DNA from: Treponema sp.
GTDB taxonomy: Bacteria; Spirochaetota; Spirochaetia; Treponematales; Treponemataceae
Length of the DNA: 51,243 nt
Assembly: GCA_017960765.1 (NCBI GenBank)
Contig: JAGCYQ010000060.1
Location: forward strand, 1 to 51,243
Direction: 5' to 3'
This document shows positions 29,708-38,788 of the stretch, piece after piece (within the stretch, counting starts at the first letter, position 1; each line of letters starts with the position of its first letter). Under the pieces are notes generated by a model, which was not told the origin of the DNA, did no database searches, and saw only the letters and a program-made list of their open reading frames with translations. Position numbers and translations under genes: made by a program.

Positions 29708-30596
29708 GCCTGAACAGGCGGCGGACATTCTCATCAACGTTCGCAGCCAGTTCTTCTACTGACACCCCGCGGTGCGATGCTATGAACTCATAGGTATGGC
29801 ATATGTTCAGCGGGGTATTTTTTTGTCCGCGCAATGGAACAGGAGAAAGATACGGTGCATCGGTCTCAAGCAGTATACGGTCATCAGGAATGAAATTCAA
29901 AAGCTGATGCATCCCTTCCATCTTGCTTTTCTTTGTATATGTCACGGCCCCGCCAAGAGCGATATACCAGCCTCTGTCCAGGAACTGACGTGCCTCATCA
30001 ATGCCGTAAGAATAACAGTGGATGATTCCGTTGTGATATCCTGCCTCATCAATGCAGGACAGCGTATCGGCAAAAGCATCACGGGAATGGATTATGACAG
30101 GAAGGTTCAGGCTGCGTGCCAGGTCAATCTGCATCAAAAACATTTCCCTTTCACCCTTGAACAGGTCTTCCGTAAAATCCGCCTCATCACGTGCATCGGG
30201 ACCGTTTACGTTCCAGTGGTGGTCAAGGCCGCATTCACCCACAGCAACAAGACGTCCCTTAAAATAATTCTCTTTCTGGAAACGCTCGATTTCTTCCTTA
30301 AGCTTCTGGACACATGCGGATCTATCACGTATCTCCTCCGGGTTAGGCCATATACCGGCAGAGAAATAAATATAGGACATCACTTTTTTCTGCTCATCCT
30401 CAGTAAGCTTTTCCATGCATTCCTTTATGAATGAAGTCCTCTCCACAAGGTCGTCCGGCTTTGTACCTATATCCAACTCGAACACAGGAGAATATTCATT
30501 CAGTTTTTTCAGGATCTGGCTTCCTTCCTCAACACTGTCCTCGCATAGTTTCATAAAATGAAAATGTGTATCGCTGTACATAATGAACTCCATCAA
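29700..30596 (-). CDS. tatD: TatD family metallo-hydrolase/DNase
   Basis: DTHFH, GECGLD, IHSRDA, IHCYS, LETDAPY. Confidence 0.92.
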   Translation of the reverse strand: MMEFIMYSDTHFHFMKLCEDSVEEGSQILKKLNEYSPVFELDIGTKPDDLVERTSFIKECMEKLTEDEQKKVMSYIYFSAGIWPNPEEIRDRSACVQKLKEEIERFQKENYFKGRLVAVGECGLDHHWNVNGPDARDEADFTEDLFKGEREMFLMQIDLARSLNLPVIIHSRDAFADTLSCIDEAGYHNGIIHCYSYGIDEARQFLDRGWYIALGGAVTYTKKSKMEGMHQLLNFIPDDRILLETDAPYLSPVPLRGQKNTPLNICHTYEFIASHRGVSVEELAANVDENVRRLFRLI

Positions 30597-33199
30597 AACA
30601 AAGTAACATAGGTCTTGCCTGAACCGCCATCCTCAGGACGTGCAAACTCAAAGCTCTTTATTCCCGGATAATGACTCAGGTAATCCTGAACAGACTGCTG
30701 AAGAATACCCTGCCCTTTTCCGTGGATTATGCTGAACTGCCTCAGGTTATAGATGGCACAAAGATCAAGCTGCCTTTCCAGTGCCTTTACCGCTTCCTCC
30801 TGACGCATGCCAAGAAGCCTCAGCTCAAACACAGGACGGTCATTTCCGTTCTCACCGCTAAGAGTCTCCACGACAACTAACGGTTTACGCTGAACAGTTA
30901 TCTTGTGAACCGGCTCAATCATTTTCTCATCGACATCCATTTTCAGGGAACCGAACAGAACAGTCCATGTACCATTTTTATTTTTCTGGACAAGCGTGCC
31001 CTGTCTCCTGTTTTTACCTGCAAAAATCTCAACACCCGGCTCAAGCACAGTCTGAACGATTTCTGTCCTCTGCTTTTTTTCTTTTGGCGGAGTAATATTC
31101 TGAACAGTCGCAAACTCCAGGGCCTCGGTATTTGACATGCGTTTCTTTGTCTTTTTACCGCTTGCCTTTCCCCTCTCCCTTGCCTGCGAAATCCTCATTC
31201 CGTTTTCCGCGAATTTTTCCTTTTCCTTATCAAGGGATTCTTTTTCCTGCTCTATAAGTTTCTCTTCTTCCTGAATGTGAATGTCCTGCTCATCAATTTT
31301 CTGTCCAAGCTCAGAGATGAATGATTTTACCGCAAGAGTTTTCTCACGGTTGATTTCTCCTTCCCTCAACTCGCGCACAAGGTTTTCAAGCTGACTTCTT
31401 GTCTGCACAAGGAATTCAGAACTCTGTGAATGTTCCCTCTGCAAAAGCTCAATCTCTTTCTCCTTGTTCTTTATTTCCTTTTGATGAAGCCTTATCTCTT
31501 TTTCCTCAAGCTCACGCAGCCTTGACCTTTCCTGCTTTTGAATCTCATCAAGCTCCATGTGCTTTTGGTTCAATCCCTTTATCAGAACCGTTACATCAGC
31601 CTGCTCACCGTCAATGTAATTTCTTGCCGCCTGAACGACAGATTCAGGAAGGCCTGAACGGCTTGCTATGTCAAGTGCATGTGACTGTCCCGGAACTCCC
31701 ATCAAAAGATGATATGTCGGACTCATGGTCTGTGAGTCAAATTCAACAGATGCATTTACACAGCTTGGATTTGTATATCCGTAATTCTTGAGTATTCCAT
31801 GATGAGTCGTAACAACCACAAACGATTTTTTTTCGATAAGTGTATCAAGTGCGGCCATTGCGATTGCACCACCTTCCTGAGGATCAGTACCACTTGCAAG
31901 CTCATCCAACAGCACAAGTGACCTGTCATCTGCATTTGTGAGCATCTGCGCCATACGCTTCATGTGGCCGGAGAATGTACTCAACGAGTCATCAATCGAC
32001 TGCTCATCTCCTATGTCAGCGAATACAGACGAAAAATACGGAAGCCTTGTTCCCTCCAGTGCAGGAACAGGAAACCCCGCCTGGTTCAACAAAGCAAACA
32101 ATGCAATAGTCTTGAGTGTCACGGTTTTACCACCGGTGTTCGGACCAGTGATTATCATGACACGCTTACCGTCCATAAAACGGATGTCAACAGGAACTGC
32201 CTTTTCACCAAGCAATGGATGCCTTGCCCCAAGAATCACGGGAGGTTCTTTCTCAAGGTCACATGTCTCGCAGAATATTCCACGGACTGTCTGCTGCCAT
32301 TTTGAAGAAGCCATTGTCATGTCAAGCTCAATCATGATGCTCCATGCTTCCTCAAAGAACTCACGGCTTTCCCCCAGGCTTGTGGTCAACTCGCGGAAGA
32401 GACGCCGTAGCTCAGCATTCAGCTCAAACTCCGCCTGAACAAGATCATTGTTTGCACGAACGATTTCATCCGGCTCAATGTAGACTGTCTGACCAGAAGC
32501 AGAAACCTCATGGACAATTCCCTTTATCTCACTTCTGTGGTCTGCACGTACGGCAAGAAGCTCGCGGTCCTGCCTGTATGCCGGAACTGTTGACTGCAAT
32601 GCCGACGACAAAGTTGAATCCGATGTATAGCGCCTTACTGCATTCTCGATTTCCCTGTGCAAGGCCTGAATACGCTCCCTGTATGCCCTGAGAGAAGGAA
32701 TATCCTTAACCTGACCTGAATCATCAAGAAGATAAAAAATCTGTTTCTCAGCGGATGACAGATCAGGAAGTTTTTCCGCACATTCAAGCAAAAGCGGAAT
32801 CTCCATCTCATTTGACGCAGAAACCAGCGATGCCTTTACCTTTGAGACCGAACGGCAGAAGATTCCCAGCGCGAATATCTGGTCCTGCTCTAGCTGTGAA
32901 CCTTCAACTCCAAGCAGCTTGAAAAGAGGCTTTATCTCAGGCCATCCGTTAAGGCTTGCGGCGTATGATGAATGTAAAAAAACATTCCACTCACGTCCAA
33001 GATTTTTCTGTCGTTCTATGAATTTCTCGTCTGATGAGCTTTCACGTCTGGACAAAAGTACATGGCCTTCCTCACTTACACAAAAGCCTGCTATTTTATC
33101 CCGTATGCGGTAGAAATCTAGCTCACGTGCAACATCTCCGCGCAAGTACTCATCAGCTTTCTCTGTATTCTCTATTGTTTCCTCTGTCTCTTCCATCAT
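30593..33199 (-). CDS. mutS2: MutS2 with C-terminal Smr domain
   Basis: ITGPNTGGKT, DIGDEQSI, STFSGHM, LDELASGTDP, TTHH; Smr IIHGKGQG. Confidence 0.95.
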   Translation of the reverse strand: MMEETEETIENTEKADEYLRGDVARELDFYRIRDKIAGFCVSEEGHVLLSRRESSSDEKFIERQKNLGREWNVFLHSSYAASLNGWPEIKPLFKLLGVEGSQLEQDQIFALGIFCRSVSKVKASLVSASNEMEIPLLLECAEKLPDLSSAEKQIFYLLDDSGQVKDIPSLRAYRERIQALHREIENAVRRYTSDSTLSSALQSTVPAYRQDRELLAVRADHRSEIKGIVHEVSASGQTVYIEPDEIVRANNDLVQAEFELNAELRRLFRELTTSLGESREFFEEAWSIMIELDMTMASSKWQQTVRGIFCETCDLEKEPPVILGARHPLLGEKAVPVDIRFMDGKRVMIITGPNTGGKTVTLKTIALFALLNQAGFPVPALEGTRLPYFSSVFADIGDEQSIDDSLSTFSGHMKRMAQMLTNADDRSLVLLDELASGTDPQEGGAIAMAALDTLIEKKSFVVVTTHHGILKNYGYTNPSCVNASVEFDSQTMSPTYHLLMGVPGQSHALDIASRSGLPESVVQAARNYIDGEQADVTVLIKGLNQKHMELDEIQKQERSRLRELEEKEIRLHQKEIKNKEKEIELLQREHSQSSEFLVQTRSQLENLVRELREGEINREKTLAVKSFISELGQKIDEQDIHIQEEEKLIEQEKESLDKEKEKFAENGMRISQARERGKASGKKTKKRMSNTEALEFATVQNITPPKEKKQRTEIVQTVLEPGVEIFAGKNRRQGTLVQKNKNGTWTVLFGSLKMDVDEKMIEPVHKITVQRKPLVVVETLSGENGNDRPVFELRLLGMRQEEAVKALERQLDLCAIYNLRQFSIIHGKGQGILQQSVQDYLSHYPGIKSFEFARPEDGGSGKTYVTLF

Positions 33200-33864
33200 T
33201 TCTCCATCACAAGGGCGGCAACTTCATCCGGGGTGTCCACGAAAATGCCTGCACCATGCTCCTTCAGGAACTCCCTTGACCTGAATCCCCATGTCGCTGA
33301 AATACATTTTATTCCAGCATTATTCGCTGTGGCTATGTCAACATCAGAATCCCCTACATAAACCACATGATCTTTTTGAATCTTCCATTTATCAAGAATC
33401 GCAAGAACTGAATCAGGGGCAGGTTTCCTTCTTATTCCTGCTGACTCCTTTTCCCCGATTGAGACATCCACATTTATATACTGTGCAAAAAACATCTTTG
33501 ACAGTTCCTTTACCTGTTCATCAGGCTTGTTCGACACTATGGCACATTTTATTCCAGACGAGGATATTTTCTCCAGCATGGGAAGAACGCCGTCGTACGG
33601 GCCAGTTTTTACAAGGCAGTTCTCCGCATAGATTTTTTTCATTGTATCAAGCACAGCCTCAAAATCATCTGTCCTTTTACTGTCAGGAAGGGCCTTTTCT
33701 ACAAGCACTCCAAGGCCGTTTCCCACAAAAGCGCGTATTTCATCTATTGTCCTTTCAGGATAACCGAATTCCACAAGGGCACGATTGCAGCTGTCCGCAA
33801 TATCATCCAGTGTATTTAGCAATGTTCCATCCAAATCAAAAACGACACCTTCTATTCTGTTCAA
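33196..33864 (-). CDS. HAD-IA hydrolase, phosphoglycolate phosphatase-like
   Basis: FDLDGTL, VSNK, KPAPD, YVGDSDVD; TTG start; ATGA overlap with mutS2. Confidence 0.92.
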   Translation of the reverse strand: MNRIEGVVFDLDGTLLNTLDDIADSCNRALVEFGYPERTIDEIRAFVGNGLGVLVEKALPDSKRTDDFEAVLDTMKKIYAENCLVKTGPYDGVLPMLEKISSSGIKCAIVSNKPDEQVKELSKMFFAQYINVDVSIGEKESAGIRRKPAPDSVLAILDKWKIQKDHVVYVGDSDVDIATANNAGIKCISATWGFRSREFLKEHGAGIFVDTPDEVAALVMEK

Positions 33865-33998
33865 CTTGAGCCTTCCTTTCGTTTGTTTCCGGGATTATAT
33901 CATATTATAAATAGTTTGTCAGAATTATTTTACATAGACATTCAGTTCATTTATGTTTTGTACTAGACCTGAAGGACAAGTTTTTTTTGTCTACCATA

Positions 33999-34027
33999 TT
34001 GACGAAAAGCCTTAAACGAAGTATAAC
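33999..34027 (+). promoter_or_regulatory. carA promoter
   Basis: TTGACG-17-TATAAC. Confidence 0.65.
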
Positions 34028-34033
34028 ATAGTA

Positions 34034-34098
34034 GAACAAAGGCGATCATTCGATTTGACTGTATTATCGGTAAATGGAGTGGGCGCCTTTTCTCTTTT
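34034..34098 (+). promoter_or_regulatory. Terminator/attenuator-like leader of carA
   Basis: Long hairpin closed by AAAGGCG (34038-44)/CGCCTTT (34084-90), followed by TCTCTTTT, ending 12 nt before the ATG. Confidence 0.6.
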
Positions 34099-34110
34099 AG
34101 GGAATATAGT

Positions 34111-35280
34111 ATGGGTAAAGCATTTTTGATTTTAGCAGACGGAACTGTTTTTGAAGGTGAGGCCATTGGTGCTACCGGGTCCACTATCGGGGAGACTGTC
34201 TTTACAACCGGAATGACCGGATACCTGGAAACGCTCACTGACCCAAGCTACTACGGACAGATTGTTACGCAGACTTTTCCGCTTATCGGTAACTATGGCG
34301 TGATTCCCGAGGATTTTGAGAGCACACGCTCATGGGTAAAGGGCTACATAGTACGGGAGCTTTGCGACATTCCATCTAATTTCCGCTGTGACTATACACT
34401 GGACGGTTTCCTAAAAAAGCAGAACATCATCGCAATATGCGGCATTGACACACGGGCTCTTACCAAACGGCTCAGGGAAAGCGGTGTCATGAACGGAATG
34501 ATTGTCTCTGGAAGTGAGGTTGATGAAGGTACTATTAATCCTGAGAAATATCTCCAGGAAATCAGATCTTATAAAATTGAAAATGCCGTAAAAAGCGTAC
34601 AGGTTCATTCCGGGGTTTTAGGGGCTGGTCCCCTAGGCGAAGGGATAGCGGAAGACGCATCGGCGGCTGGAGCGAGGGGAAGGCTTTCCCCTTCAATATG
34701 CCTTTGGGATTTTGGTGCAAAAGCCAACATTCAGCGTGAACTGGAGAAGCGTGGATGCCATGTCACGGTTGTATCATCGGATGCGACGGCACAAGACATT
34801 CTTGCCCTGAACCCTGACGGAATAATGCTGAGCAACGGCCCCGGAGACCCTGCGGAAAATGTCGGAATCATAAGTGAGATAAAAAAAATATGCGACATGG
34901 GTTCCATCCCTGTTTTCGGTATCTGCCTTGGCCATCAGATGCTTGCTCTTGCGCGTGGATGCAAAACCAGTAAGCTCAAGTACGGTCATCGCGGAGGAAA
35001 CCACCCGTGCAAGGACACTCAGAACGGAAGGGTTTACATCACTAGCCAGAACCACGGATATGCTGTGGAAAAAGACTCTCTTCCATCTTTTGCAAAAATG
35101 AGTTTCTTCAATGTAAACGACGAGACTGTTGAGGGAATCACTTACACTGACATTCCGGCATTCAGCGTGCAGTTTCACCCTGAGGCCTGCGGCGGCCCGC
35201 ATGACACGAACTTTCTATTTGATGACTTTATAAAGATGATTGCTTCTTCAAAAGGAGGAAAGTCAAATGCCTCTGAATAA
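34111..35280 (+). CDS. carA: Carbamoyl-phosphate synthase small subunit (with an internal insertion)
   Basis: [52 protein letters not shown]. Confidence 0.97.
   Translation: MGKAFLILADGTVFEGEAIGATGSTIGETVFTTGMTGYLETLTDPSYYGQIVTQTFPLIGNYGVIPEDFESTRSWVKGYIVRELCDIPSNFRCDYTLDGFLKKQNIIAICGIDTRALTKRLRESGVMNGMIVSGSEVDEGTINPEKYLQEIRSYKIENAVKSVQVHSGVLGAGPLGEGIAEDASAAGARGRLSPSICLWDFGAKANIQRELEKRGCHVTVVSSDATAQDILALNPDGIMLSNGPGDPAENVGIISEIKKICDMGSIPVFGICLGHQMLALARGCKTSKLKYGHRGGNHPCKDTQNGRVYITSQNHGYAVEKDSLPSFAKMSFFNVNDETVEGITYTDIPAFSVQFHPEACGGPHDTNFLFDDFIKMIASSKGGKSNASE
34611..34693 (+). repeat. GC-rich double-hairpin (REP/MITE-like) element in frame within carA
   Basis: TAGGGG-CTGGT-CCCCTA (34619-35) and AGGGGAA-GGCT-TTCCCCT (34675-92); translates to the atypical peptide [27 protein letters not shown]. 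Confidence 0.6.
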
Positions 35281-36811
35281 AAACATACACAAAGTAATGA
35301 TTATCGGCTCAGGTCCTATCGTAATCGGACAGGCGGCGGAATTTGACTATGCGGGAAACCAGGCATGCAAGGCTTTGAAGCAGCTTGGGCTTGAAGTATG
35401 TCTTGTAAACTCAAACCCTGCCACTCTCATGACGGATCATTCCATGGCGGACGAGATTTACCTGGAACCGCTTACACTTACGACCTTGCAGAGAATAATT
35501 GAAAAGGAAAAACCGGACTCACTTCTTTCTACGCTTGGAGGACAGACAGGACTTACACTGAGCATGGAGCTTGCAAAATCAGGATTTCTTGAGTCACACA
35601 ACGTGCAGCTTCTTGGTGCCAGACCTGAGACTATAGACAAGGCGGAAGACCGTCAGATGTTCAAGGATACGATGGAGGCCATAGGTGAGCCATGCATTCC
35701 TTCCAAGGTTGTGACGACTTTTGAGGATGCGGCTGATTTTGTTCATAACGAGATAGGCTTTCCTGCAATCATACGTCCTGCATTTACGCTTGGTGGAACT
35801 GGAGGCGGTATTGTCAATAACGACCGTGAGCTTGATGAGATTGCACACAACGGACTTCACCGCTCACCCATCCATCAGATTCTTGTTGAGAAATGTATTT
35901 CCGGCTGGAAGGAAGTTGAATTTGAGGTAATGAGGGACAGCACTGGAAACGTGATTACGGTTTGTTCCATGGAAAACTTTGATCCTGTTGGAGTACACAC
36001 CGGAGACTCCATCGTAATTGCACCGACTGTGACCCTTGCGGACAAAGAGTATCAGATGCTTCGTTCTGCCGCTTTAAACATCATAAGTGCCCTTGAGATT
36101 GAAGGCGGATGCAACTGTCAGTTTGCACTCAATCCAGAGAGTTTTGAATATGCAGTCATTGAGGTGAACCCTCGTGTATCGCGCTCATCTGCACTTGCAA
36201 GTAAGGCGACAGGTTATCCTATTGCAAAAGTTGCCGCACTCATTGCTGTTGGTTTTACTCTTGATGAGATTCCGAATTTTGTTACAAAGAAGACCAAGGC
36301 ATGCTTTGAGCCTGTGCTGGATTATGTTGTCGTAAAGATGCCGAAATTCCCGTTTGACAAATTTGTTTATGCCGCAAGAAAGCTCGGTACACAGATGAAG
36401 GCAACCGGAGAGGTCATGGCAATAGGTCAGAACTTTGAGGAAGCGATATTAAAGGCGGCCCGTGGACTTGAAGTTGGAGTCAAGGACCTGAACCTTCCTG
36501 CCTTTGTAAAAGAGGGTGACGAGAAGATACGCGAGCGTGTACGTCAGTGTACGGACCAGAGGATATTTGCAATCTATCAGGCACTTAAAAGAAAACTTAT
36601 GAGCGTGGAAGAGATTCATGAGATAACAAAGATTGACAAGTGGTTCCTGAACAAGCTTGAGAATATTGCAGAGGAGAATTGCCAGTATATTCCACAGTCA
36701 TTCAAGATGGTTGATACATGTGCCGGTGAATTTGATGCGGAGACTCCGTACTTCTACTCTACCACAGGCGGGGAAAATGAGGCGGAATTATTCCTTCAGA
36801 ATTATTCTTGA
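35267..36811 (+). CDS. carB: Carbamoyl-phosphate synthase large subunit, N-terminal half only (514 aa)
   Basis: [59 protein letters not shown]; ends [29 protein letters not shown]; ATG 35267 with SD AGGAGG. Confidence 0.9.
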   Translation: MPLNKNIHKVMIIGSGPIVIGQAAEFDYAGNQACKALKQLGLEVCLVNSNPATLMTDHSMADEIYLEPLTLTTLQRIIEKEKPDSLLSTLGGQTGLTLSMELAKSGFLESHNVQLLGARPETIDKAEDRQMFKDTMEAIGEPCIPSKVVTTFEDAADFVHNEIGFPAIIRPAFTLGGTGGGIVNNDRELDEIAHNGLHRSPIHQILVEKCISGWKEVEFEVMRDSTGNVITVCSMENFDPVGVHTGDSIVIAPTVTLADKEYQMLRSAALNIISALEIEGGCNCQFALNPESFEYAVIEVNPRVSRSSALASKATGYPIAKVAALIAVGFTLDEIPNFVTKKTKACFEPVLDYVVVKMPKFPFDKFVYAARKLGTQMKATGEVMAIGQNFEEAILKAARGLEVGVKDLNLPAFVKEGDEKIRERVRQCTDQRIFAIYQALKRKLMSVEEIHEITKIDKWFLNKLENIAEENCQYIPQSFKMVDTCAGEFDAETPYFYSTTGGENEAELFLQNYS

Positions 36812-36837
36812 AGAACCAATAACTAAATTGATATAAT
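36808..36837 (+). promoter_or_regulatory. Candidate internal asnB promoter overlapping the carB' stop
   Basis: TTGAAG-18-TATAAT with extended -10 TGnTATAAT. Confidence 0.55.
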
Positions 36838-36866
36838 GACAAAGACAAACAATAAAGGAGTTTTTT

Positions 36867-38648
36867 ATGTGTGGTTTCGTTGGAGCTTTTGATTTGAACA
36901 GTGGCAGCCAGCCGATTTCGGAGGGCTTAAAGGAAGAGCTTCGATCTCAGGTTCTTGAGATGAGCAAGAAAATACGTCACCGTGGACCGGACTGGAGTGG
37001 TGTCTATACCGGCAGCAATGCCATCCTGAGCCATGAAAGGCTTGCAATTGTTGACCCGTTAAGCGGAAAGCAGCCTCTGGTAAGTGATGATGAGAAAATC
37101 ATTCTTGCAGTAAACGGCGAGATCTATAATCATAAAAAACTTCGTGAGGAATTCAGCGGAAAATATAATTTCAGGACACAAAGCGACTGTGAGGTAATCA
37201 TCCCTCTTTACAAGCAGTACCGTGAAATACTTGCAGCAGACGGTAAGCCTGATTTTGCCGCAATGATAGAAAAACTTTCCGGCATTTTTGCCTTTGCACT
37301 TTATGACAGCGAGAACGATGTATATCTCGTTGGACGTGATGAGATAGGCGTTATCCCACTCTATCAGGGCTGGGACAAGGCCGGACGCTATTATGTTGCA
37401 AGCGAGCTTAAGGCACTTGAGGGCAACTGCCAGACAATCGAGGAATTCCCGAACGGATGCTATTTCTACTCTGGTTCTTCTGAAGGTTCTGAGCCTGTTC
37501 GTTGGTATCACCGCGACTGGGAGACTTATGATTCCGTAAAGAATGCACCAAAGGCTACAGATGACAAGGGAGACGTAATCAACCCGAGCGTAATCGAAAA
37601 AGTACGCAACGGTCTTGAGGCAGCGGTTAAAGCCCAGCTTATGAGTGACGTTCCTTATGGTGTGCTTTTGAGCGGTGGCCTGGATTCATCAATCATAGCG
37701 GCAGTTACACAGAAATACTCGAAGAAACGTGTTGAGTCAGACAGCAAGGAAAGCGCATGGTGGCCTCAGCTGCACTCTTTTGCAGTTGGACTTGAAGGAA
37801 GCCCTGATCTTGTTGCCGCAAAAAAAGCCGCGGACTACATCGGAACCGTTCATCACGAGGTCCACTTTACGATTCAGGAGGCACTGGATGCACTGCCTGA
37901 CGTAATCTATCACATCGAGACCTATGACATCACTACTGTAAGAGCAAGCACCCCGATGTACCTTCTTGCCCGCGTAATAAAATCAATGGGCATCAAGATG
38001 GTACTTTCAGGAGAAGGAAGTGACGAGCTTTTTGGCGGTTACCTTTATTCCCACAAGGCACCAAATCCACAGGAATTCCACGAGGAGCTGGTACGCAAAA
38101 TGAGCAAGCTTCATCTCTATGACTGTCTGAGAGCTAACAAGTCCCTCATGGCATGGGGTGTTGAAGGACGTGTACCATTCCTTGATAAGGACTTTATTGA
38201 TATTGCAATGTCGCTCAATCCAAGTGACAAGATGAACATCAAGCTGCCAGACGGAAAACAGCGCATTGAGAAATGGATATTGCGCAAGGCATTTGAGGAC
38301 CTGCTTCCTGATTCAATCTGCTGGAGACAGAAGGAGCAGTTCAGTGACGGTGTAGGTTACAACTGGATCGACACACTCAAGAAGACGACCGAGGAAAAAG
38401 TAAGTGACGCAGAATTCGCACGCCGAGAAAACCGTTTCCCGGTAAATCCTCCAAAAACAAAAGAGGAATACTACTATCGCGAGATCTACAGCCGCCTTTT
38501 CCCGAGCGACAGCGCCGCAAGATGTGTCCCGCACGAGGCAGGAGTAGCATGCTCAACCGCCAAAGCCCTCGAATGGGATGCCTCATGGGGTAAAATGGAT
38601 GAACCCAGTGGAAGAGCAATAGCCGGTGTTCATAATGATGCGTATTAA
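36867..38648 (+). CDS. asnB: Asparagine synthetase B (glutamine-hydrolysing)
   Basis: MCG, RHRGPDWSG, NGEIYNH, LSGGLDSS, SGEGSDELFGGY, EGRVPFLD, RQKEQFSDGVG. Confidence 0.97.
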   Translation: MCGFVGAFDLNSGSQPISEGLKEELRSQVLEMSKKIRHRGPDWSGVYTGSNAILSHERLAIVDPLSGKQPLVSDDEKIILAVNGEIYNHKKLREEFSGKYNFRTQSDCEVIIPLYKQYREILAADGKPDFAAMIEKLSGIFAFALYDSENDVYLVGRDEIGVIPLYQGWDKAGRYYVASELKALEGNCQTIEEFPNGCYFYSGSSEGSEPVRWYHRDWETYDSVKNAPKATDDKGDVINPSVIEKVRNGLEAAVKAQLMSDVPYGVLLSGGLDSSIIAAVTQKYSKKRVESDSKESAWWPQLHSFAVGLEGSPDLVAAKKAADYIGTVHHEVHFTIQEALDALPDVIYHIETYDITTVRASTPMYLLARVIKSMGIKMVLSGEGSDELFGGYLYSHKAPNPQEFHEELVRKMSKLHLYDCLRANKSLMAWGVEGRVPFLDKDFIDIAMSLNPSDKMNIKLPDGKQRIEKWILRKAFEDLLPDSICWRQKEQFSDGVGYNWIDTLKKTTEEKVSDAEFARRENRFPVNPPKTKEEYYYREIYSRLFPSDSAARCVPHEAGVACSTAKALEWDASWGKMDEPSGRAIAGVHNDAY

Positions 38649-38757
38649 ACCTTGAGCGAGTTTTGCGAATGCAAAACTCGGTAGTGAGCGTAGCGAACGT
38701 AATGAACCAAGTGGAAGAGCAATTGGTGGCGTTCATAATGAGGCATATAAGAATTAA
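38599..38757 (+). repeat. Imperfect direct repeat of the asnB 3' end flanking a palindrome
   Basis: 38599-38645 vs 38702-38748 (40/47 identical); hairpin CGAGTTTTGC-GAAT-GCAAAACTCG at 38657-38680. Confidence 0.9.
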
Positions 38758-38788
38758 GCATCATTTAATTTTGCCAGAGTCGTGAATT

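Noticed and set aside
29700-33864. HAD-mutS2-tatD as a novel nuclease defence operon
   Set aside because: All three are ordinary housekeeping families with canonical motifs
38599-38757. CRISPR mini-array or DGR template/variable repeat pair
   Set aside because: Only two units, differences are mostly at third codon positions and not adenine-specific, and there is no cas or reverse transcriptase gene in the window
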